Of a stretch of DNA of 64,000 bases, positions 49,701 to 58,583 are shown in pieces. Below the pieces are notes generated by a model that had not been told where the DNA came from, ran no database searches, and worked only from the letters and a program-made list of their open reading frames with translations. This stretch comes from an uncultured Chloroflexia bacterium (GTDB taxonomy: Bacteria > Chloroflexota > Chloroflexia > QHBQ01 > JAICKM01): positions 545,282 to 609,281 of the forward strand of contig CAWARZ010000006.1 of assembly GCA_963784695.1 (NCBI GenBank). Reading direction: 5' to 3'. Position 1 is the first letter of the stretch, and each line of letters begins with the position of its first letter. A program made the translations under genes and the position numbers.

Positions 49701-51525
49701 ATAGGCGCCGACAGTCCACACGTCATAGGCGCCGGCGACGGCCACGGCTTGCAGGACGTTGCTGCTCGCGCTGGCGTCGGGGCTGTCGACTACTCGCCAG
49801 GCCAGGATGCAGTCCGAGATAGGCGTGCTCGTCGGCGTGCTCGTCGGCGTGCTCGTCGGCGTCTCCGTGTTGGTCGGCGTGGCCGTGCGGGTCGGCGTGG
49901 CCGTGCTGGTCGGCGGGATTCCGCTGCAGGAGGGGAACTTGAAGTTGCCGATGCGCGTGCGCCAGTTGTCCGTGCCGGTGGTCGTGAAGTACTCGTTCGT
50001 ATACCAGAAGGTGCAGTCGTCCACCGGGTCCACGGTCAGGTCGCTGTAATCGCCCCAGCGGTTGCCGCCGCCGCTCTGCGAGCCGGCCCCCGCAATGAGC
50101 GTGGTTTCGCCCTGGCCCAGCGTGTTGATCGGATCGGTCACCAGGCGGCCGGCGTAGCGGATCTGGGGATAGATGGCGGCGCTCGAGGCGCTGAAGCCGA
50201 GGGCCAGGTCGCCACTGCCGTCCATGGCCGCGGAGCCCAGCCAGCGCCAGGTGCTGTCGGGCTGGTAGGTGCTTTCCTGGACAAGCTCCACCGGCCCGGC
50301 GGTGGGGTTGCGGATCTCGAACCAGCGGATGCCGGCGACGTTCGCGGCGTTGATCACATAGTTGCTGACCAGCGCCTCGTGCCCGTCGGGGAACTTACGG
50401 TAGGCCGCACGAAACATCGGGACGTTGTTGATCGGAGCCAGTCCCTCGCCCCCGAGCGCGGGCACGCAGTTGTTGTTGCCGGGACACAGCTGGATGAAGG
50501 CCGCGGCCGGCAGGGTGGCGAAGGTAATAAAGTAGCTGTTTGCCGGCGTGATGAAGTCGACATGGAAATGGTAGATGTGGTACGAGCCCGAGCCGGGGTA
50601 GTCCACGAAGGATTTCGGCGCGCCGCTCACGGGCAGGATCGCGCCGTCGAGGTCGGCCGGGAGGATGGGGTTGGCGCCCGGCAAGGGATCGAAGGTGACG
50701 AAGGTGGCCGGGTTGCCGGCGAGCATCTGGCCGCGGTCGAAGGCGAAAGGCTCCGGCCCCCCGGACGTGTTGGCGCTCATGTAATACGCGTCGGGCCAGA
50801 GGCCGAACTTGGGATAATCATACGTGCTGCTGCCCAGATGGAAGCTGTAGCGATACCAGCTGCCGGTGGCATCGCTGCTCGTGGAGACGGCGAGGCACTC
50901 GTCGCCGGTGGCAAAGGTGGCGATCTGGCTGACGAACCAGCGGTTCGCTACCTGGTCGTAGAGGACAATCGGGTCCCCGGCGCCGCCGGTTTCGCAGGCG
51001 CCGCCGAAGCCGCTCCAGATCGTCTCAATCGAGCTGGGGCCGAGGATGGAGGCGCCGGTAGCCTTGTCGAAGACCTGGAAGCTAATGTTGGTGAGCTGCA
51101 TGTACTGGGTGGCCCCGACGGCGCCGTTGGGATTCGGGCGGCTGATGGTTGGTGAACGCAATGCCGTCGAAGTTGAGGATGGGCGTGGGCATGGCCGGGG
51201 GGGCGAGGAAGTGTTGCACCACCGCGGCGTCGGGCGCGTCCTTGTGGCCGCCGCTCAGCAAGAGGGACGGGTTGCCCGGCGCCTCGGGGGCCTGGCCGGC
51301 CCGGGGCGGCACCGGCGGCATGTCGCGCAGCGGCGGCGAGGTATCGTGATGCGAGTCGTGCCCGACGATGATCCCGCTGGAGGGGGTGCTGCCGGCGGGT
51401 GGCGGCACGACCGCCGCCTGCGCCTGGTGGACTAGCGCGACCAGCGCCACGATCAGCGCCAGGGTGCCTAACTCGACGGGCCACATGCGCCGCTTGGCGA
51501 GCACGTTCCACCGGTTCCGCTTCAT
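46752..51525 (-). CDS. SLH-domain surface protein 3 (PPDxNG domain, 7 x ~50-aa WAVG/EHWDG repeats, Kelch propeller, long Thr/Pro linker, SLH), 1-nt frameshift near 51134
   Basis: ORF 51082-51525 (signal peptide, [29 protein letters not shown]) continues after one extra base as [13 protein letters not shown] in ORF 46752-51161. Confidence 0.85.
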
Positions 51526-51710
51526 GCTACAGCCTCCGTCCGGTTTGCTAGGGCCGCACTTGTACCGCTGGCGCTCAGACTTCGAAGCGCGGGGCGCTGC
51601 ATTACCGCAGGGTATAGATCTGTCGTAAGGGAATGATACCGGGAGGCATTATATCACAGTTTGTGCAGTGATCAGGCGGTCGATTTAGGAGATGTGGAGG
51701 CGGTGGTATC

Positions 51711-52110
51711 ATGAGCGCCACTCGCCTGCTGGCGCTGACCTCCTGGCAGAGGAGGTTGTTGCCCGGCCCGCCCCGATTGCCGGCCTACCGCCGCCGCGCG
51801 CTCCTGACGACCTTTCCGGAGATGGGCGCCCACGTCCTGACCGGTGCCCACGCCCACGTCGCCGCGCGCACCGTCTTCGTCAGGAGTGCCCACTTCCGCG
51901 CCGGCCGTTGGCCCCCTTGACCGGCCGGGCAGTCGCGTTCCCACCCGCCGTCGAAGACGACGTCCGGGCGCTGCATGCCGGGCACCTCATCTGGGGCAAG
52001 GCCCGCATACGGGCCGCAGTGGTCAAGGCCCACGACTGGCCGCGGGTCGTCTCCGCCATCACCATACGCCGCACCTTGCGCGAGGTGGGTTCATGCCGGT
52101 GCCGCGTCGC
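51711..52110 (+). pseudogene. Degenerate transposase N-terminal HTH remnant (IS630/IS481-like)
   Basis: Fragments in different frames: ARTVF...F.AG, DRP, VEDDVRALHAGHLIWGKARIRAAV...VSAITIRRTLREVG. Confidence 0.45.
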
Positions 52111-52346
52111 CCAGTCGCCGCGGCGGCTCCCATACGGGGCTCGCAGTCCCGAGGGCACACCCTAGGGGCCCTTTTGCATGTCCCGCCCCCTGCACCGCCT
52201 GGTGGCAACCCCACAGGCGGCGCCTCCCCGAATCGCCGTGACGCCTCCGTCCGCGGATCCTGCACGCCCCCCCGATCAATCCCCGGGGGTTGTGGATAAT
52301 AGAGGTGCAAGCACTCGAACGACATCGCGGAACGAGGACCGGCGCG

Positions 52347-52892
52347 TTGCAGGAGCACGAGGCCGTCGCACGGCTCAAACGGGGCGATATTAGCGGGCTG
52401 GAGGCGCTGGTCGCGCGCTACCAGCAGCCCGCGCTGCGCGCCGCCGTCCTGGTCTGCCGCGACCCCGCGCTGGCCGAGGACCTGGTGCAGGCGGCTTTCG
52501 TGCGCGCTTACGAGCGGATCGGGCAGTATGACCCGCGGCGGCCGTTCGGGCCCTGGTTCATCCGCGGCGTGGTCAACGACGCGCTGAAGGCGGTGACGCG
52601 CCACCAGCACACGCCGTGGGACGCGGAGCGCGACGCCAGCCCGGCGCCGCCGGCCGACGATCCGGTGGCCCAGCTGGAAGCGGCCGAGACGCGCGAGGCG
52701 ATCTGGGCACTGGTCGACCAACTGGCGCCGGGGCAGCGCGCCGCCGTGGTGCTGCGCTACTACTGTGACCTGGACGACACGGAGGTGGCCGCGCGCCTCG
52801 GCGTCCCGCCGAGCACGGCGCGCCGCCGGCTGCACGACGCCCGGCGGCGCCTGCGGCACCTGCTGGGCCGGCAAATGGAAGCCGGCGGATGA
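52347..52892 (+). CDS. ECF-family RNA polymerase sigma factor
   Basis: TTG start after GAGGA; region 2 (AEDLVQAAFVRAY...FGPWF) and region 4 (LAPGQRAAVVLRYYCDL...EVAARLGVP...RRLHDARRRL). Confidence 0.9.
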   Translation: MQEHEAVARLKRGDISGLEALVARYQQPALRAAVLVCRDPALAEDLVQAAFVRAYERIGQYDPRRPFGPWFIRGVVNDALKAVTRHQHTPWDAERDASPAPPADDPVAQLEAAETREAIWALVDQLAPGQRAAVVLRYYCDLDDTEVAARLGVPPSTARRRLHDARRRLRHLLGRQMEAGG

Positions 52893-52943
52893 CCGCGCCG
52901 GCACCGGGCGCGGCCCGGTTCGCGACAGAGGCGGAAGGGAGCG

Positions 52944-53618
52944 ATGGCAATGCGCCGAGATGAGATCCGGCAGGCGCTGGACGAGGATGCGGACCGCCGG
53001 CTGGGGGGCGCGCCCGATGTCTGGCCGGCCGTGCACCGCGCGGCGCGCGCCCGGCGCCCGGCGGCGGGCCGGATCGTCATCGAGCCGGCCGGCGTCCGGG
53101 CGCGCTGGGCGCTGCCGACGGTCGCGCTGCTGGCGCTGCTGGTGGCCGCCGCGGTGCTCGCGCCCGCGCTCCGTCCGCCCACGACGCCGGGCGCGACGAC
53201 GCCGACGGTCCATTCCGGCGGGGGCGCGGCGACACCTGCGCTGCCGTCCAGCCCCGTCGGGCGCACGCCGCTACCCGGTGCCGGGCTGAGCCCGGCACCT
53301 GACGCCACTCCGGGGACGCCCGGGCCGGCATCCTATGCTGATTTCTTGACCGCGGATCTCGCCAAGCGGCTGGGGGTGGCACCCCCGGCGCTGGATGCCG
53401 CCTTCGCCACGGCGGCGCGCGAGACGATCGATCAGGCGGTCCGCGACGGCGGTCTCACGCCGGACGCGGCCGCGCAGGCAAAAGCGCAGGCCGGCCAGGG
53501 CTTGACCGCCCTCCTGGCTCGCGCGCTCGACTCGTCCGGCGCCGATCCGGCATCGGGGGATACCACCCCGTGGCTGGAGAGCCCACCGGGGGCGTCGAGC
53601 ACGCCCAAGACTCCATAG
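52944..53618 (+). CDS. Putative anti-sigma factor, single-pass membrane protein
   Basis: Directly after the ECF gene; short cytoplasmic N-terminus, TM helix, Pro/Thr linker and an extracellular helical domain. Confidence 0.6.
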   Translation: MAMRRDEIRQALDEDADRRLGGAPDVWPAVHRAARARRPAAGRIVIEPAGVRARWALPTVALLALLVAAAVLAPALRPPTTPGATTPTVHSGGGAATPALPSSPVGRTPLPGAGLSPAPDATPGTPGPASYADFLTADLAKRLGVAPPALDAAFATAARETIDQAVRDGGLTPDAAAQAKAQAGQGLTALLARALDSSGADPASGDTTPWLESPPGASSTPKTP

Positions 53619-53669
53619 GCCACGAGGACACGGCGCCGGCCCTTGCGGCGCGAGAAAGGATGACACGCA

Positions 53670-55058
53670 ATGACACACGCACGAATCACGATAGGGAGTA
53701 TGCTCCTGGGGATGGTGGCAATGCTGGCGATCGGTGCGCTGCTCCTCGGGGTGCTGAGCCCGAGCGCGGCCGCGCCGGCCGCGAGCAGTCAGCACGTCTT
53801 GCAGGCGGCGGGCGCCGCCGCGACGGCCACCCCGGCCGCGGCATCCGGCAAAGGCGGCGCGCCTGCTGACTCGGCCCACTACGCCGACCTGCTGGTGCAG
53901 AACTTCGCCACCCAACTGGGCGTGGACACGACGCGGCTCAACAGCGCTTTCACGGCCGCCGCCAACGCCACGATCGACCAGGCGGTGCATGACGGCAAGC
54001 TCAGTGCCGACCAGGCGACGAAGGCGAAGGCGCAGGTAAGCGAGGGCCTGGGCACGCTCCTCGTGGCGACCCTGCCCGGGGCGGCCGCCCAGTCGCGGGC
54101 GGCCACCGCGAACCCGGCCATGGACGCGGCAAACGGCGCTGTCGTGCCTGCCCTCGCCGGCGCGTTGGGTATGGACCAGAAAGTGCTCATGGACGCGCTG
54201 CAGAGCGGCAAGAGCCTGCAGAGTTTGGAACAGGCACATAACGTCACGCACGCCCAGGTGACGGCCGCGGTGCTGGCCGCGGTGCACAGCGCGCTGGCCG
54301 CGGGCGTGCAGCAGGGGACGTGGGGGCAGGGTGACGCGGACAAGATCAACCAGCTCTTCAGCGCCAACATCGACGCGATTCTGGCGAAGACGATCGGCGC
54401 GGCGGGGGGTGCGCCTCCGGACGCTACCCAGTCGGCACCCAGCAACGCGCAGGAAGCGGCGTTCACCGCCGCGGGCGACGCCGTGGCCGGTCTCTTCGGG
54501 ATGCAGTTCGACGCGATGACGGCGGCCATACGCAACGGGCAGACGACGCTCCTCCAGCTCGAGCAGGCGCACAACGTCACCGAGCAGCAGGTGGCCGACA
54601 AGGCACTGACCGCCGCGCAGAGCGCGGTGGCGGCGGGCGTGCAGAACCGCAGCTGGACGCAGGCCGACGCGGCGCCGGTCGCGCAGGACCTGAATGCGCA
54701 CATCTACGACTACCTGGCGAAGTTCCGAAACGCCTTTGAGATGCCGGCGCTCATCAAGGCCGCGCAGGGCGCCGTCGCCCCGCTCTTTGGCATGACGGCC
54801 GACCAGCTCCTGACCGCCCTACAGGACGGGCAGACGCTCCCCGCGTTGGAGCAGGCGCACCACGTCTCGGATTTGCAGGTCCGCGATGCGGTGAAAGCGG
54901 CGGGGCAGGCGCGGCTGGCGGCGGGCGTGCAGGCCCAGGAGTGGACCGCGGCCCAGGCGGCCGATGCCGCCCTGGTCTTCCAGGAGACGCTCGACGAGCT
55001 TGTGACCGGCAACCTCGGCGCCGGCGTCAAGGGCGCGGGCGTCCAGACCGGCAAATAG
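53670..55058 (+). CDS. Secreted alpha-helical repeat protein
   Basis: Signal/TM segment; repeats LQ.G..L..LEQAH.V...QV..A...A....LAAGVQ...W.Q..A (3 copies) plus an N-terminal LG...AF..AA..TIDQAV.DG.L unit. Confidence 0.75.
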   Translation: MTHARITIGSMLLGMVAMLAIGALLLGVLSPSAAAPAASSQHVLQAAGAAATATPAAASGKGGAPADSAHYADLLVQNFATQLGVDTTRLNSAFTAAANATIDQAVHDGKLSADQATKAKAQVSEGLGTLLVATLPGAAAQSRAATANPAMDAANGAVVPALAGALGMDQKVLMDALQSGKSLQSLEQAHNVTHAQVTAAVLAAVHSALAAGVQQGTWGQGDADKINQLFSANIDAILAKTIGAAGGAPPDATQSAPSNAQEAAFTAAGDAVAGLFGMQFDAMTAAIRNGQTTLLQLEQAHNVTEQQVADKALTAAQSAVAAGVQNRSWTQADAAPVAQDLNAHIYDYLAKFRNAFEMPALIKAAQGAVAPLFGMTADQLLTALQDGQTLPALEQAHHVSDLQVRDAVKAAGQARLAAGVQAQEWTAAQAADAALVFQETLDELVTGNLGAGVKGAGVQTGK

Positions 55059-55298
55059 CCGGCCCTGCGCCGGACGCTCCGCGCGCCCGGGCCGGGTGGC
55101 AGGCCCCTCCCTGGGACCCGCGCCCGGCCCGGGCTTGTCTGACCTCCATCGGGGCATGGATTGTGCAGCCCGCGTGGATGACCCACTGCTGCGCTCGTCG
55201 CGGCGGCGGGCGGACGTAGCTCGGCACGCCGGATCCCATAATCCGGCCGTGGCCGTCGCGGGAAGTCCCAGCGCTTCCTGGAAAGGATCCACTTCCAC

Positions 55299-55514
55299 AT
55301 GGACCAACTGATTCAAGAGATCTCCACCAAGACCGGCATCACCGACGCGCAGGCGCGGCAAGCGGTGCAGATGGTCGTCAACTTCGTGAAGCAGCAGCTG
55401 CCGCCGCAACTGGCCGGGCAGGTCGACGCCTTGCTGGCGGGGCAGGGCGGGGGCAACGACATGATGGGGCAGGCGATGGGCGAGCTCGGGGGAATGTTCG
55501 GGAAGAAGGAGTAG
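55299..55514 (+). CDS. Small conserved-looking helical protein (71 aa)
   Basis: MDQLIQEISTKTGITDAQARQAVQMVVNFVKQQLPPQLAGQVDALL; RBS AAAGGA; followed by a hairpin at 55540-55562. Confidence 0.75.
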   Translation: MDQLIQEISTKTGITDAQARQAVQMVVNFVKQQLPPQLAGQVDALLAGQGGGNDMMGQAMGELGGMFGKKE

Positions 55515-55763
55515 GCTCGCACTGCTCCATGCCGTCGCGGGACCGCCGGTTGCCGGCGGTCCTGTTGCTTTCGGGCGGCGGGCCCAGCCGACCGCGAATA
55601 TGCCAATGCGCTCCAGAATCCCGGTGCTCCTCGGGCGGGATCTTGGGCCGGCGGGGGTCGCCGGGCCTTGCGGCCTTGCGTCGTGCCGGGCCGGTTTGGT
55701 ACGATGCACGCGGAGCGCGGCACTGGATCGGCGCAGGGGATGGTGTAGATGGGGGAGAGGGGC

Positions 55764-57740
55764 ATGACGAGCCGGTTTCATACGTTCAATCCGCAGGCGC
55801 AGCAGGTGATGGCGCGGGCCGCCGCGGAGGCGCGGCGCATGGACCAGGAGTTCGTCGGCAGCGAGCACATTCTGCTCGGGCTGCTACAGGCGCCCCCGGG
55901 ACCCGCGGGCGCGGTGCTTGCCGCGCAGGGGCTCGAGCTCGACGCGGCCCGCGCCTGGGCGGCGGAACTGGCGGCGGAGCGCGCAATCCCGCCCGACGCG
56001 GTGGGGCTGACGCCGGAGGCGCGGACGGTCGTGACCTTCGCGGTCGAGGCGGCGCGGGACATGGGCCACGCGGCGCTCGGGCCGGAGGATTTGCTGCTCG
56101 GCCTGACCCGCGCGCCCGACGGCATCGCGGCGCGCATCCTGGCCCGCCAGGGTATCGCGCTCGACGCGCTGCGTGCCGCGCTGCTGGCCGCGCTCACGCC
56201 GCCGCCCGAGGCGGCGCTCATGCCGCCGCTCGGCGATTGGCCGATTGCGGAGTTCGAGACGCACGGACGCGCCGTGCTCGACCTCATCGGCGACTACTTC
56301 CGCGACATCGAGCACCTGCCGGTCATGGCGACCATCCCGCCCGCCGACCTGGGCCGCCTGCTCGACGCGCCGCTGCCCGAGGCGCCCGAGCCTTTCGAGA
56401 CGCTGCTGACAGACACGCGCGACAAGATCATCCCGAACCTGACCCACTGGAACCACCCGGCGTTCTACGGCTACTTCGCCATCAGCGGCAGCATGCCCGG
56501 CATCCTCGCCGAGACGCTGGCCGCGGCGTTCAACGTCAACATGATGGTCTGGCAATCCAGCCCCGCGGCGGCCGCGCTGTCGCGGCTGGTGCTGCGCTGG
56601 ATCGCCGAGCTGGTCGGCTACCCGCCCGGCGCCGACGCCGTCTTCACCAACGGGGCGTCGCTCGGCTCGTTCTACGCGCTCTGCGCGGCGCGCGAGGCGC
56701 TGGGCCTGCAGGTGCGCGAGCAGGGGCTCACCGGACGCGACCTGCCGCGCCTGCGCCTCTACATCTCCGACCAGACGCACTCGTCGCTGGAGAAGGCGGC
56801 CATCGCGCTGGGGATCGGGCTCGACAACGTGGTCAAGGTACGCACGGACGACCGCTACCGGATGATCCCCGAGGCGCTGGAGGCGGCGATCCGCAGCGAC
56901 CGGGCGGCGGGCTACCGGCCGCTGGCGGTGTGCGCGACGGTCGGCACGACCTCGACCGCCAGCGTCGACCCGGTGGGCCCGATCGCCGCGATCTGTCGGG
57001 AGCAGGACCTCTGGCTGCACATCGACGCGGCCTACGGCGGCTTCTGGGGGCTGGTGCCCGAGGCGCGTGCGGCCATCGGCGACCTGAGCCTGGGCGATTC
57101 GCTCATCGTGAACCCGCACAAGACGCTGTACACGCAGGTCGAGGTCAGCTGCCTCTACTGCAAGCGGCCGGGGGCGCTGGCCGCCACGTTCAGCCTGATC
57201 CCCGAGTACCTGCGCACGCCGCCGTCCGCCGACGTGGTCAACTACATGGACTACTCGCTGCAATTGGGCCACTCGTTCCGCGCGCTGAAGCTGTGGTGGG
57301 TGCTGCGGACGTTCGGCGTGTCGGGCATCCGGGCGCGGCTGGCCGACGCCATCGGGCTGGCCCGGCATCTCGAAGCGGTGGTCGACGCCGACGCGGACTT
57401 CCAGCGCCTCTCGACCTCGCCCTTCGCGCTGGTCTGCCTGCGCGCCTTCCCCCACGACCTGCGCACGGCCTATGCCGAGGCGGACGCGGCCGAGCAGGCG
57501 GCGATCCTGGCCTACGTCCAGCGGCTCAACGAGCGGATCCTGACGCGCATCAACACGAGCGGCACCGCGTTCATCTCGCACACGGTGCTGCGCGAGGGCT
57601 ACACGCTGCGCGTGTCGATCGGCAACATCCGCACGGAGGCGCACCACGTCGAGGCGCTGTGGACGGCGCTGCGGACCGCCGCGGCCGAAGCGGACCTGGC
57701 GCTGCAGGCGGAGGGGGTGCGCCCGCGCCCGGCGCCGTAG
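55764..57740 (+). CDS. Clp N-terminal domain fused to a group II PLP-dependent (aromatic amino acid-type) decarboxylase
   Basis: Residues ~1-145 hold two ClpN repeats (ARRMDQEFVGSEHILLGLL; ARDMGHAALGPEDLLLGL). The decarboxylase part has THWNHPAFYGYF, HSSLEKAA, ATVGTTST, HIDAAYGG, NPHK and RALKLW. Confidence 0.88.
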   Translation: MTSRFHTFNPQAQQVMARAAAEARRMDQEFVGSEHILLGLLQAPPGPAGAVLAAQGLELDAARAWAAELAAERAIPPDAVGLTPEARTVVTFAVEAARDMGHAALGPEDLLLGLTRAPDGIAARILARQGIALDALRAALLAALTPPPEAALMPPLGDWPIAEFETHGRAVLDLIGDYFRDIEHLPVMATIPPADLGRLLDAPLPEAPEPFETLLTDTRDKIIPNLTHWNHPAFYGYFAISGSMPGILAETLAAAFNVNMMVWQSSPAAAALSRLVLRWIAELVGYPPGADAVFTNGASLGSFYALCAAREALGLQVREQGLTGRDLPRLRLYISDQTHSSLEKAAIALGIGLDNVVKVRTDDRYRMIPEALEAAIRSDRAAGYRPLAVCATVGTTSTASVDPVGPIAAICREQDLWLHIDAAYGGFWGLVPEARAAIGDLSLGDSLIVNPHKTLYTQVEVSCLYCKRPGALAATFSLIPEYLRTPPSADVVNYMDYSLQLGHSFRALKLWWVLRTFGVSGIRARLADAIGLARHLEAVVDADADFQRLSTSPFALVCLRAFPHDLRTAYAEADAAEQAAILAYVQRLNERILTRINTSGTAFISHTVLREGYTLRVSIGNIRTEAHHVEALWTALRTAAAEADLALQAEGVRPRPAP

Positions 57741-57786
57741 GGCGGGGCCGGATCCCAGCGGCGGCCCAGCCCCCCATCCCGGCTGG

Positions 57787-58179
57787 TTGCAGGCCGAATC
57801 GCCACCGCCTCGGGCTGCGCGCGGCGGCCAGTGGAAGGCCCAGCGCGCGGCAGCCCTGGCCCGCGACGGCCACCAGTGCACCGAGTGCCGCGCAGTCGCT
57901 TGCCTGGAAGTCCATCATATCGTGCCGCTCTACAAGGGCGGCTCGCACGTGCTCAGCAACCTGCAGACGCTGTGCCGTTACCATCACAAGCTTAAGCACC
58001 GATGGGGGAGTCAAAATGCCCGCGCCCGAAGCTCTTACCGCCCTGGCCCGGATCGTCAATCCGTCGGCGCTCTGCCGCGTCGTGGGCAAGCGCCAGGATT
58101 ATTCGACGGCAAATTGCGATCACACCTTCACGCATACCCTGGCCTTCATGGCACCCTACGCGCGCCGGGCGGGGCGTGA
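57787..58179 (+). CDS. HNH endonuclease
   Basis: ARDGHQCTEC...LEVHHIVPLYKGGSHVLSNLQTLCRYHHKLKH; start and true stop are uncertain. Confidence 0.75.
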   Translation: MQAESPPPRAARGGQWKAQRAAALARDGHQCTECRAVACLEVHHIVPLYKGGSHVLSNLQTLCRYHHKLKHRWGSQNARARSSYRPGPDRQSVGALPRRGQAPGLFDGKLRSHLHAYPGLHGTLRAPGGA

Positions 58180-58276
58180 CCCCGAAGCCGTGCTCGATCT
58201 GATCCGCCAATTGGGCGCCGGCAGCGCTTGCGAGTTCGGGCTGACCGCCGGCGGCCGCTACGTCAACGGCGCGTGA
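58016..58276 (+). CDS. Small Cys/His protein resembling DUF2695
   Basis: RBS GGGGAG; CDHTFTHT...DPEAVLDLIRQLGAGSACE. Confidence 0.5.
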   Translation: MPAPEALTALARIVNPSALCRVVGKRQDYSTANCDHTFTHTLAFMAPYARRAGRDPEAVLDLIRQLGAGSACEFGLTAGGRYVNGA

Positions 58277-58583
58277 CGCGGTTGATACCGGCGCGTGGCG
58301 GAGCGCCGACTTGCTCCTTGTCAATTCCCCGGGTTGAGCCATCCGCTACAAAGGTGGCGGTACCGGAAAGTATGGACCTTTGGATCTTAACTCACCGGCG
58401 CACTGGGTGTACCATTGACGCTGTAGCACGGGACCCCCAACAGAGACCTGCCCTTTCACCAGCATTTGACCGCACGTACTGCTATAAGCTCTTCAGGATA
58501 AGGCATCTCGGCCATACGGGGCACGCATCACAAAATGCCCGCCCGGGCGGGCTACGTTTGCCCCGGTAGGAGGTCCCCAGACG

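Noticed and set aside
55529-58276. 915-aa ORF overlapping the decarboxylase
   Set aside because: Alternate-frame Arg/Ala/Gly-rich sequence; only the last 86 aa (from ATG 58016, with an RBS) look coding.
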